Below are positions 9,301-17,800 of a stretch of 43,540 bases of DNA, one piece after another. Position numbers and translations under genes: made by a program. The notes under the pieces were generated by a model. That model saw nothing but the letters and a program-made list of their open reading frames with translations. It searched no databases and had not been told where the DNA came from. Source of the DNA: an uncultured Oscillospiraceae bacterium (GTDB lineage Bacteria > Bacillota > Clostridia > Oscillospirales > Oscillospiraceae); the NCBI GenBank assembly GCA_964431445.1, contig CAYSJX010000001.1, positions 1 through 43,540 of the forward strand. Reading direction: 5' to 3'. Numbering within the stretch: position 1 is the first letter of the stretch; each line of letters begins with the position of its first letter.

Positions 9301-10184
9301 TCTTCCCAACTTGCAGGGACGAGGAACATATTGGTGTCGCTACCGACAAAGCGATAGTCCACCCACACACCTGCTGATTTTTCGAATGTGAGAATCATGC
9401 CGGGCTTATTCTCGTCCTTAATGTCCGCATTCTCCAATGCTGCGATAGCGGTGTCTTTGTCATAGAACATTCCGCTTGCAAGTGCCTGCTCATTGGTTAC
9501 GTTGTAGAAGCCGCTTCCCGAACCGCCACCGCTGAACTCGACAAGCATTTCTTCATCGTTGTTCCAAACGTAGCATGAGCCATTAAAAAGATAGATTTTA
9601 TCCTTGAGTGGAGCCGTACGGTCGCCATTCATGTACATGTCGGCACCGAGCCAATTATTGTAGTATTTGGCCGTACCATTCGTTCCCGATACTTTCAGCA
9701 GAAAGACATTCGTTGTCTGGTCATACACCACGATGCCTTCGGCCGTGGTGCTCTGTGTCTCCACGCTCACGCCCTCCACCAGCTCCGCAAAGCGGGCCGT
9801 AGCCCCAGACATCGCTGACTCAGCTGTCATTTGATGTTCCGCAACCACCTCTTTTGCCGCTGATGCAGCATTATTGGCAGCAGATGCAGCTTTTTCCGCC
9901 TCCTCACCAGCAGTTGTTGCTTTCTCTGCGGCCCCATCTGCGGCCACCTTTGATTTGGTTGCCTCATTTGCAGCCGCCTGAGCTACGGCGGCCGCATCCG
10001 TGGCAGGCTTTGATAGCAAAGATAATGGAGCAGTAACGAGTTTGTCTCCTTGCATGGCAGGAAGTCCCGTTATCCCATTAAGGGATGATACGGTCTCCAA
10101 CTCTGTGATGTCGCTACTCTCAACCTTAATTTCGTCAAGTACTGCCTTCTTGATTTCTTTTTTCTCTTCTTCTGACATTGCCAT
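3381..10184 (-). CDS. Giant DGR target protein (~2267 aa), putative tail fibre/adhesin: Ala-rich stalk, Ig-like beta repeats, LamG-like, CotH-kinase-like, LRR and C-terminal C-type-lectin-fold variable domain
   Basis: Follows the tail-tip gene. The C-terminus GYENWYGNKAEW...VR...IGSRLAF is typical of CLec DGR targets. LRR-like repeats (LREINLQ, LRRLNLRNQ, LEYLDARGT). ATG at 10184 preferred over 10211. Confidence 0.85.
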   Translation of the reverse strand: MAMSEEEKKEIKKAVLDEIKVESSDITELETVSSLNGITGLPAMQGDKLVTAPLSLLSKPATDAAAVAQAAANEATKSKVAADGAAEKATTAGEEAEKAASAANNAASAAKEVVAEHQMTAESAMSGATARFAELVEGVSVETQSTTAEGIVVYDQTTNVFLLKVSGTNGTAKYYNNWLGADMYMNGDRTAPLKDKIYLFNGSCYVWNNDEEMLVEFSGGGSGSGFYNVTNEQALASGMFYDKDTAIAALENADIKDENKPGMILTFEKSAGVWVDYRFVGSDTNMFLVPASWEEYGGGTIKSITLNGSEVAPDVNGNVALNIDQITVDESLQDDSTNPVQNKVVTAKINEIGDAAVGGIEVIEGDSKNTLNILNKKGGIIATTEFSGGGGGGTSTASRIVLTASVNKTQVKEGGMAELTYSYNHVNADGANDGIKADITVTIARGTTQTYQATKKNVSAGTYTIDVSDYLLVGTTDIYVKAEATTEDGTKQVKQAYVSINVITLTLTSAYNLGTTIVGGGYKNSDTIEIPFTITGSGTKDVSMYIDGASVPVSQTINKSGTVNGSFTIKGSALTAGRHSIQLVAERSGLKSDSIYMEILKAGLNEPFVGIKFTNKTGAILQTTNPTLLAYQYEQMSFNFVAYDPSTTPAQVEVYVNNKLTSTINAPRSMQTYTNRFTEKGVQNLIMKVGTKSYQFGIDVSESSVNLSEATFGLLAKFEAAGRSNSESNPSQWISGDITTEFSGFDWSSNGWTGEALKLTNGAKAIIGYQPFKTDIKSTGVTIEMTIKVSNVMSRSANVVKCLDGGKGLLVTADEASFKTGQSVTYTNEDDEQVTREIKLGTNFVSDKWFKICLAISTKDNNRLMELYVNGNRTGADIYDTSFNFAQDNPQYITFDSADADVEIKSVRIYGRSLSDDEELDNCTVDAETSEEMMALYDDNNILGDTGDVDIDKIRAKGKGVLRIVRQNKLDDVYAENNKKTDFKSDIYFFSPYGKEYDFILKDCNIRIQGTSSTKYPSKNIRIYCAKGGETLSFTIGGVLDPNGKNRYKMRPGAIPMNLFCCKSDYSDSSMSLNTGGAKLFNDVFKELGLFTPPQAYQYEHGGNQTSAINVRTAIDGIPIDIFCAETEDGESEYYGQYNFNNEKSKSEVLFGMTDVDGFEPTMPMTFEMLNNGEAMCLFKTESDTQIEQVFDAGAETNYPDDVKWAGLTTGQQAAVKRLYGWIRDCVPTGANSNNLASFKSSKFVNEIDQYFDKDFILTYYLWTDYFLSVDQRAKNMMLRTWDGLKWYITYYDGDTQLGKRNDCFLVYLYTTDRDTYDAEASKYAFEGRESWLWNLVLANLQDDLKRCASALRAVMTNERVLDMFNTEQSGHWSDRAFNKSGELKYIKPAVQVMYGKVWPFIYALQGSNTSHREFFIKNRFALLDAKWGTSNFTSDNVDMYLSRTASDQEDTIKITANEVYAFGYGTNNSPNIQNTGIVQEGSVAELDITGTYTVNDPIRLYGASRIKVLDMTGAADHLKNGFDLGKCDVLREINLQSSNSGSTGWWLVLNACKSLRRLNLRNQAQAKTGSSTSKELDLSNQTRLEYLDARGTQVESVIFAAGAPITSAYLPRTLTTLRLEYLSQLMPAGLSVESYSNVNTFIFSGCPNLDWQSLLGKCTNVKRIRITGIDMDGDGALLDKYMTAGGVDENGNYTDTCAFVGSYRLTRFVDDETYASYVAHYPELNIAQPEYSAIKFDDSVSDSANITNIDNCTGYDYDNTFVANGHVAKICAKRHRVLMKKTGSGEVTICQLHDKNSNYFADAIDIQKATMAKLTGEMGDVMMYEPHYWYKGVNDYLNKVKYAYYSSNEECPAMEEYRKVSFDALTVKRGYAIRSSVDYTTITEAEAAINNYSYCMLNIQGYKQVRYPSLSSALYGAIMLDASGNVVKRMKATSDSGIIDGCYCFSSIPDNAVTLAFTIATAAPFDYVLLTKSDKIDAIEPDWVEHDECLCGVYEALLRDDFLYSISGVQSSGNTTCPDFKVYARNRGTGFQLVDYEMHKDVGNLFFAKYGERDSQGTCGPGTHSYGRATGASDATGMQDTKPTEKDGDSLPTITGNYYPSGNAYVQKNDSDVQRTAIGSPVCMGYENWYGNKAEWMEIEYNKKSIDYIWRSPMPDGTERLIQGPRQQGSLYPKSVIHGRFMDTIVSQSGGSIQSYYYDNCYQSGATARVVSRSNSYANSGGGVSSAYSDGDSASVNAGIGSRLAFRGHIKVATSVAEFVAIKAVE
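3448..3561 (-). repeat. DGR variable repeat (VR) at the 3' end of the target gene
   Basis: Encodes RVVSRSNSYANSGGGVSSAYSDGDSASVNAGIGSRL. It diverges from TR right after ...CTCGGCTTGC (VR continues CTTCAGAGG, TR continues GAACAATTAG), as expected for IMH/IMH*. Confidence 0.95.
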
Positions 10185-10207
10185 AACTATTTTACTTTTA
10201 TATGTTA

Positions 10208-13200
10208 TCAACTTGTTTTGGTAACAACTCTCGCTGTGTACTGAGTCGTATAGTCGCCAAGTGTTTCTGTTGTATTCGGATCGTAGATTAGCATCACTTC
10301 AAGAGCATCGCCGCCACCCATATCGTACTTTCCATCCCAATAACTTCCATTATAATTTGTAAATAGTGGGTACTCGTCGGACAACCATGGATAGTCCCCG
10401 TCTGATGATTTCTGATTATATCGGCCGCAAACACCAAACTCCGTAGTACCAATGTCCGCTATCATTGTTAGCCGTACTGCAAAAGGAGTGTTTACTCCTA
10501 TTGACAAAGCATTGCGTACATCGGTCAATTCTGGTAAAGCGAAAACAATACCCGAGGCCGAGGCTTTTAATAAAAACTTATTAGCAATCTTAAGGTCCAT
10601 ATACTTACGATACACAGAATTTGCAGATGTCGCTTCTATGCGCTTATATGCGTAACCATCCATCACGCCGTTCAGAACCCCATTGCCAATGCCTGCAAAT
10701 GCAAAATTACCAGATATGCTATTTTGTATATTGAAAACGATTCCGTATTTGGGTGATATGGATCCAAAGCTATATTCGCTTGCCGTATCCATCAGTCGTA
10801 CAAGCATTGGCTGACCGAGATTGTTCCATGTACCGAATATGGCTTGCCGTCCATCAGCATTAAAACCTATCATGTCGTTGTAGAGGAACAAACCGTTGTT
10901 ACTTTCGCTAACCGTGATTTTCCCATCCGAATCATAACTAACATTCGTACCTCCAATATGTCCGTTGGATATTACAAATCCACCAATAAGACCTTTTTGT
11001 GCATTGATTTCGCCAGTAAACTTCCCTTTAATAGTTTCTATAGTTCCATCTTCCAGTATCTTGAAGTTCCCGTTTGCCGTAATCAGCCCTTCGAGTTTTA
11101 TGTGATCCGCTGTGAGCTTAATTTTCGACACCTTGTTCCCGTTGCTGTCTGTCTCTTCAATACAAACTCCAATGAGGGCAATGTTTCCATCCGAATCTTG
11201 TGCATATAATCCTGCTCCATCGGGTTTGACAAACAAGCCCGTTTCTCTTAGAGCTTGCGCGTCTTTATCGAAAATAGCCGCACTGATTTTTACCAGTCGC
11301 TCCGATTGCTCAAAGAGAGTGCGATAAGTGTGTGTAAGGCTCTCGATGCGGTCTGTACTGAGCACAAACATATACACGAACATTTCACCCGTGAACGAGA
11401 GTTTAAAATCGCCCGTGGCATTCCATAATCCCGATATGGTGAGTTGTTGGTACGTTTCCGTAACGTCCAATTCTTGGCTATATGAGAGCGGTTCATAGTC
11501 AATGAAGCCATTATTATTGATGTTCTCAAAACCAATCGTTAGAACGCCTTTTTTCTTTATCTTATAGAAGAACGACAAATACACCGGAGTTGGTTCTTTC
11601 TTGCCATCATCGTTAGTCTTGATTTCGGGCACCGCTCTGAGATCTGCAAACTTTTGGCAGATGTACTTGTTCTTGATACGCACCACAACACGTCCATCGT
11701 CAGTCGTAAGGCTTGTTCCGTCTCCTTTCTTGGTCAGAACATTGTCGTTGGCCCAAATCCATTTGTTGCCAAGGAAAAAGAATGTTGTTGCGTTCTCAGC
11801 CGTCCAATGGCTCATGCCTTCGTAAAATGTTGGGTTATTCAGATACCCTTTGTCCTGCATGAAGTCTTGTCGCACGGATTCGATAGAACTTGATATCTTT
11901 CCCTCCATAATCTCAAAGCGGGTCTTCACGTCCTCGCCCGTCGAGAGTAGGAACGTGCCTCTCAGATACACATTGTCGGCATACAGACCATTGCCATGTG
12001 GTTGATTATCGAGCGGAAACCAATCATCGGTGATACCGTCCAAATTGCCGAGACGAGCACGGAGCGCACCATTGAAGTTTTTTGATTTCACACCATCCAA
12101 CACGTCAATACGTGGTTCACCATCCTCTGTTGCTGATATGCTGATAAGGTTCTGCCTTTTGCTGTCAGCAGTGTTGCCCATAAGAACAACCTCATCGCCC
12201 TCTTTTGGCTCAATTCCCGAAAACTCGCTTTTGTCTACAACGATGTAATCAGAGTATGAAGCAGCGACCTCTACCCAGTACCCTCTGATTTCTTCACCCT
12301 TGAACACTTGACAACGCATCAAGTCATGGGCTTGGAAATAGTTATCTCCCTCAAATGTTATCTTGTAGGCTTCTCCAGTGTCCTCTACGGCTTTTATCTT
12401 GCCATTTGCAGCCGAAACCACAATCTGACCACCAACCGCTCTTATACGGTCAATAATCAGTTCAAACACGGTCATAATCTGCCTTACTACAAGCTTGTCG
12501 AGTTCAAGGTTGGAAAGTCCGTCTTTGTCAATCCAAAGACGGTAGCCCTCGCCGTTGAAACCACTTGTGTAATGCGCACTGCTGATAAGTTTGCGCACAA
12601 TCATGCTCAACAACTCAGCATTGGCTTGACCATCAATCATACCGCCTTGTTCACCCTGCGTGAAGTTGCCAATCTCTACACCCTCGTCAAAACTGATTTT
12701 CTTTGTCGCGCGGTTGGGGACATTGCGCTGTAAGAACTCGTACTGCGCACGCTTGAATGACGGCACGTTTGTGTCGCTTGGAGCAGTAGTGTCATAACGC
12801 TTGACAACGTACACGGAATTACCATATACGTTGACGAATTGTTTTGACTGGTATGTGAGCGCATCAACCTGCTCTTGTAGGTCTGCGCTACGGCTATATG
12901 CGCTGCTCTCGCCGATGTTGTAAGAGCAGTTAAATTTGTTATCAAGTCGCTTCTCAAATCCACGCACACGGGAAAGACGATAGCCGTTATCGAAGTTGTC
13001 GCTTCTCAGCATAACTGACTGACCGATTTCAAGGTCAATTTCATCTGCTGTTGCGTGGATCATCTTTCCGCTGCTGTTAGGTTTGTACCCAGCACAACGC
13101 AACATATTGGTCTGACAAGCGTAAACAGACTTGTCTTTTGATGCGTCCGCAACCTTTTCAATGGCCTTGTCGTAAAGTTCCTGTTCCGCCTTTGACACAA

Positions 13201-14389
13201 GATTGTCATAGAGATATTTTGTGTCATAACCATACAGAATGTATGTGTCGCCAACTTCGGGCTTAAACGCATCGGTAGGCAAAGCAACTCCATAGTCCTC
13301 ATTGCGTACAATCTCGAAGACTTGCGCACCTGCTTCCGTTTCGCTCAGTGTATCCGGGTTGAACGTGACTGCAAAATCCATTCCTGCAAGTTTGCCAGTT
13401 TGGAAAATAATGTGCAGTTCCTGGTCTGCAAGAACGTACTCTTTCTTGAACGTTGGCATTGAGTTGTCCGAGAACCGAAAAGCGTTCCAGCTCTCGTTTG
13501 TCGTTGTGCCGTCCTCGTTCTCTATCTTGTCTGTGTACTGCTTTGTTGTAATTCTTGATATGGTGCCGATATTGCGAGGATAAATGTCATCAAGAACGAT
13601 AACCCCCTCTACAATATCTTCCTCTTTTATGTTCTCCCAAGCATCTATGTACGGAACTCCTGCCGGGAGTTTCAGACGAGTTTCCACAACACCCTCTACT
13701 ACTACGGTGCCGTCCTCGTTCTTTCGATAGTTCTTTGGTAAGTTGCGTGTTGAGCCGAACACGTATGCACGGGTAAGATACGACATATCTTGCCCGTCCT
13801 CACGTTCAATACTGCTCAGTTCGTCTCCGTCTGTGAGCGACACCGGACTACCGAACTCACATCTCCCTATATGTATAACTCTGTCTGTTACCCACCATTC
13901 AGTTTCCCATGCTTCTGCGATCTTGGAAAGTGCGTCAATGATGTTTGTGTTATCAAACTCCACCAACCTCATTTCCGTAAGGCTATCGTCAATGTCGAAT
14001 GAGTAACGCCCAAAACCTGCATCTTGTATATTACGCACAACAATATCCATGAAATACTCTGGACGTTGTGTCATTTTCCACGACTTCTCATAGCCAAGCT
14101 GACGATTGTAAAACAAGATACGATTTTTCCAAAACATCCAGTCGGGAACAAACTTCTGTTCATACAGATAGCCACCATCAGACTGCTTTTCGGGTTTATA
14201 TATATCCTTGATACGGAATGTGCCGAAATCGGTCTTGATAGAGTCTTTCTTCTGAAATGCGATAAGCGTATCACTCTCAAATGAGAGTAATACGTATTCG
14301 TCCTCCATGAGCGTTTTGCTGTATACACTCTTGTCGGTTATCTCCACTTTGCAGCGGATATTGTTATTTGTGTCTCTGACTTCTATCAT
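10208..14389 (-). CDS. Tail tip / baseplate hub (Tal-like) protein, 1393 aa
   Basis: Position after TMP and Dit. IIDALSKIAEAWETEWW and TRAYVFGSTRNLP resemble prophage tail (hub) domains; beta-rich C-terminal half. Confidence 0.75.
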   Translation of the reverse strand: MIEVRDTNNNIRCKVEITDKSVYSKTLMEDEYVLLSFESDTLIAFQKKDSIKTDFGTFRIKDIYKPEKQSDGGYLYEQKFVPDWMFWKNRILFYNRQLGYEKSWKMTQRPEYFMDIVVRNIQDAGFGRYSFDIDDSLTEMRLVEFDNTNIIDALSKIAEAWETEWWVTDRVIHIGRCEFGSPVSLTDGDELSSIEREDGQDMSYLTRAYVFGSTRNLPKNYRKNEDGTVVVEGVVETRLKLPAGVPYIDAWENIKEEDIVEGVIVLDDIYPRNIGTISRITTKQYTDKIENEDGTTTNESWNAFRFSDNSMPTFKKEYVLADQELHIIFQTGKLAGMDFAVTFNPDTLSETEAGAQVFEIVRNEDYGVALPTDAFKPEVGDTYILYGYDTKYLYDNLVSKAEQELYDKAIEKVADASKDKSVYACQTNMLRCAGYKPNSSGKMIHATADEIDLEIGQSVMLRSDNFDNGYRLSRVRGFEKRLDNKFNCSYNIGESSAYSRSADLQEQVDALTYQSKQFVNVYGNSVYVVKRYDTTAPSDTNVPSFKRAQYEFLQRNVPNRATKKISFDEGVEIGNFTQGEQGGMIDGQANAELLSMIVRKLISSAHYTSGFNGEGYRLWIDKDGLSNLELDKLVVRQIMTVFELIIDRIRAVGGQIVVSAANGKIKAVEDTGEAYKITFEGDNYFQAHDLMRCQVFKGEEIRGYWVEVAASYSDYIVVDKSEFSGIEPKEGDEVVLMGNTADSKRQNLISISATEDGEPRIDVLDGVKSKNFNGALRARLGNLDGITDDWFPLDNQPHGNGLYADNVYLRGTFLLSTGEDVKTRFEIMEGKISSSIESVRQDFMQDKGYLNNPTFYEGMSHWTAENATTFFFLGNKWIWANDNVLTKKGDGTSLTTDDGRVVVRIKNKYICQKFADLRAVPEIKTNDDGKKEPTPVYLSFFYKIKKKGVLTIGFENINNNGFIDYEPLSYSQELDVTETYQQLTISGLWNATGDFKLSFTGEMFVYMFVLSTDRIESLTHTYRTLFEQSERLVKISAAIFDKDAQALRETGLFVKPDGAGLYAQDSDGNIALIGVCIEETDSNGNKVSKIKLTADHIKLEGLITANGNFKILEDGTIETIKGKFTGEINAQKGLIGGFVISNGHIGGTNVSYDSDGKITVSESNNGLFLYNDMIGFNADGRQAIFGTWNNLGQPMLVRLMDTASEYSFGSISPKYGIVFNIQNSISGNFAFAGIGNGVLNGVMDGYAYKRIEATSANSVYRKYMDLKIANKFLLKASASGIVFALPELTDVRNALSIGVNTPFAVRLTMIADIGTTEFGVCGRYNQKSSDGDYPWLSDEYPLFTNYNGSYWDGKYDMGGGDALEVMLIYDPNTTETLGDYTTQYTARVVTKTS

Positions 14390-14859
14390 AACTCAATGTC
14401 GCTTGAATGCTCAATGGTCCTGTTGGCCGGATTCGGCTCGTTCAATTTTAGAACAAACCTGCCCAATCGTCCATTGAACTCTGAAAACTGACTGCACGAA
14501 ATGTAGTTCAAGTAGTATGTCGTCTTGATATAACTATCACCCTCCCACACTTGAAGCGTCAAGTCTATTGCGCCTTTCTTTAACTCGTCACAGAAAGCAT
14601 GATACTGCATGAGGAACCTTGCGAGCGTGTTAGCATGAATGGCGAACACCAACTGTACGTCTCGTTCATCCACCTTGGGCACGTTACCACTGTCCGTAAG
14701 GACTTGTTTCCCATCGCTCGTTGCGCTCTTGTTCGTGATGTATGATTTCAATGGCGCAGGGGTCATAAGTGCCGTTACCGATGTCTCTGCAAGTACAACA
14801 CCCCAACGCTGCTTTGTGTCCCGTGAGGACGAGTTGATGTATGCTTTTACGTTCCTCAT
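14386..14859 (-). CDS. Distal tail (Dit-like) protein
   Basis: 157 aa between TMP and the tail-tip gene; ends ...FVLKLNEPNPANR; 4-bp overlaps on both sides. Confidence 0.65.
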   Translation of the reverse strand: MRNVKAYINSSSRDTKQRWGVVLAETSVTALMTPAPLKSYITNKSATSDGKQVLTDSGNVPKVDERDVQLVFAIHANTLARFLMQYHAFCDELKKGAIDLTLQVWEGDSYIKTTYYLNYISCSQFSEFNGRLGRFVLKLNEPNPANRTIEHSSDIEL

Positions 14860-17800
14860 ATCTTCCTCGTATTTTTTTCAATCTTGCCGAGCCTTTGATT
14901 CATTTCGTATAATTCATGCGTATTTTTGGATATGGCTTCCAAGTGATCAATGGCCAATAGTGATATATTCCTAATTTCTTCTGTGTTCTGTTTGATAGCA
15001 CTTGCAGACAAGTGTAGCGAGCTCATGGACAATTGAATGTCCGAGAGCGTTTCACGGATGCTGCTCGTGTCCATCTGTATTGCTGTGAAGCGACCGTTCA
15101 ATTCGTCAATGCTTTCTTGTGATGCAGTGGCAAAACCTTGTTTAGTTCCGCCTTGTTGTGAACTCTCGCCAGTACTCAACTTGTTCAAGAACTCTCTGTC
15201 ACTTTTCATTGCGTCATAGATATCGTTCCTATCCTTTTGCAAATCCGCAATCTCTTCATCGCTCAACTCTCCGTCATTCTCCATGTATTTCCCCCATTTT
15301 TTATAAAGTTCCTCAATCATAGGGTCATACTTATTCGTCATAAGTGCTTCCGCTATGCTATTGATGAGCATTTTGTTGAAGTTTTCGGTAAAGTCGGCTG
15401 CAGACATTTCCATGTCTGTTAGACAATTCTTGAACTCGTCTCTCAGACTATCGAACGAGAAACTGGTGAGCTTTTCGTAATACGCTTCATCCAGTTCCTC
15501 ACGCTGTTTTGCGTAGTCGATATATTCATCCATGTATTTTCCCGCATCACGGTAGCCATCGTTTGCAAGGTCTTTGATTTTGGCATACAAGTCTGGGGCG
15601 TCCGTTGCAACCTTACGCATCTGCTCGCTCGTCAAGCTCCAAAAGTCGCCTGCGCCGCTAACAGTCTTTCCCACAATCTTGCTGATACGGCTCCATTCCG
15701 CATTACTCATTGCATCACCAATCTTTGCGTTAGATGAATGCTTACCACCAACTCCGAGGAAACCATTGCTGTACGCTGCTCCCGAGCGTGACATCATTTC
15801 TTGTGTGTTGGTCTCTGATTCATCAAGCAGTTTTTTCTGATAGGAGTATAGTTCCGCTGCATCGGTCATTGGTGCATCGTCCATTTTGTCCGTCAATTCT
15901 TCAATTGCAGTTCTTAACGCTTCGTTTGTTATGGTCAGTCGCTCAATGTCCCTTTCGAGATGCTTGTCACTGTCACCGCTTCCGAACCATGAAGAGAAGC
16001 CTCCAAACGTAATAGCATCGAATATTTTTCCTATACCGCTTAGAATGCTCTCGCCAATAGTTCTGAATAGGTTCCCCGAGAAAATGTCGCTTATAATGCC
16101 GCTAATGGCGTTAAACACAGCATCAAGAATGCCACCTACAACAACACTTAGACCGTCCTTAAACAAGTCAATGATAGATACAATCCAGCCTACAATAGGT
16201 ACATCCTCCAATGTATCTGCAATCTTGCCGAATGCAGCACCGAGTTTGCCACCGATATTTTTTACGCCTTTCCCGAACTGAATAAGTCCCTCATAGGCAC
16301 CGCTAAGGCTTCCCGATGAAAGTTTCTGCAGACCATTTACCACATTGCTCATGCTCGTTTTGAGATTGGTTGCAGTGTCTGTAACCATCTGTTGCGCATT
16401 GTCAGCGATATCCTGCATCGTTTCGACATTCTTTGCTGCTGCATCGGCATCAAGTTGCGCTGCTGCAACTGCATCTTTGGCTGCGTTCTGCTGCTCTTCT
16501 GTGCCATTCTGTAATGCTTCTGCATAATCTTCTTGCGCCTGCTTCAATATGGCATACTTGGCCGCGTATTCGTCCTGCGCACCTTTTAAATTGCGCATTG
16601 CGTTCTGATAGTTAGTTATCTCCGTGCCTAACTTCTTAAAGCTGACCTTATCCGCACCGCCCAACGATTGTTCCATCTTTTGAATGGCCTCGATAAGTGC
16701 CTTTTGACTTGACTGGTCGCTATTCTTGAACTCGTCTGTCTGTATGTATTTCTTTGCATCTTCAAGTGCCGGGGTAATAACCTCCTTGAACATACCTCCG
16801 AACTCACCGAATACGGTAGTCCAGTCAATATTGGCTTTGAGTTCCTGTGCTTCGATGCTTGACAACTTGCTATCTCGTTCTTTCTCCAGTGAACGCTTTT
16901 CGCCCTCTGTTTCCGCTTTCTTGATTTTCTGCGCATATTCTTCTGATATTGCGAGTTTCTGTTGCTGATATGAACCATAGTTCTTCAAGAAGTCGTTCAT
17001 GCTCTCGAACTCCTCTTTCACCAAATCAATACGGGCACGCTTCTGTTGCTCCATCATTTGTTCATTGAGAGTACCGAAGCGGTTCTTGATTGCATCAATC
17101 TCCGTTTGGTCGATGTCGGCTTCTGTGAAGTTCTTTTTCACATAGTCCTTATTCTTGGCTTGCTTGACATTCTCCACAGCGTCAAAGTATTGCTTCTGTC
17201 GCTGTATCTCAGCCTTGATAGCATCGTTCTGCTGTTTTTGCAGTTCGTCCTGTTCTTTCTTCTGATCGAGTGCTAACTGTCTGCGTTTCTTTGCTGCTGC
17301 ATCTGCTTCAAACTGAATGGAGTTTTGTTCTTGCTCCAGTTCGTAGTCTCTCTGTGCTTGTTCTCTTGCCTTTTGGTTCTCGTCAATGAGTTTCTGCACT
17401 TCAAGATTAGCCTTTTGAACCTTTGCAGCACGTTCGGCAGCGGATTCTGTTTTACCGCTCTTAGTGGTTTTCTTCCCACCTTTGCCCTCAGCTTCGTTAA
17501 ATTTCTTCTGCTGTGCGGTCAAACGCTTCTGCAAAGAGAGCAAACGCTTTTCATCATCAGAGCCACTAACGGCAGTTTGTAGCGATGCGTTTATCTCTTT
17601 GAGCAGGTCGGCTGTGCCTTTTCTCGTTTTCATAGCAGATACCATGCGCTTCTCCAGTTCGTTCTGTGCCTGCGTCATGCCCGAGTTGTCAGTAGAAGTA
17701 AAACTGCTTGTGTTGAAACCGAGTGTTGTCTTGTTGTTACCAAATCCGAGACCACCGCCCAATTTGAGTTTGGGCATTTGGTAGTTCAGCCCCAACACGC

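Noticed and set aside
9840-10000. GCA/GCT-rich quasi-repeats (also within TMP)
   Set aside because: Explained by Ala-rich coiled-coil coding; not a CRISPR array or tandem repeat.
10208-14389. Second DGR target / additional VR
   Set aside because: No other copy of the TR sequence or GSRL-type ending was seen in the window by eye.
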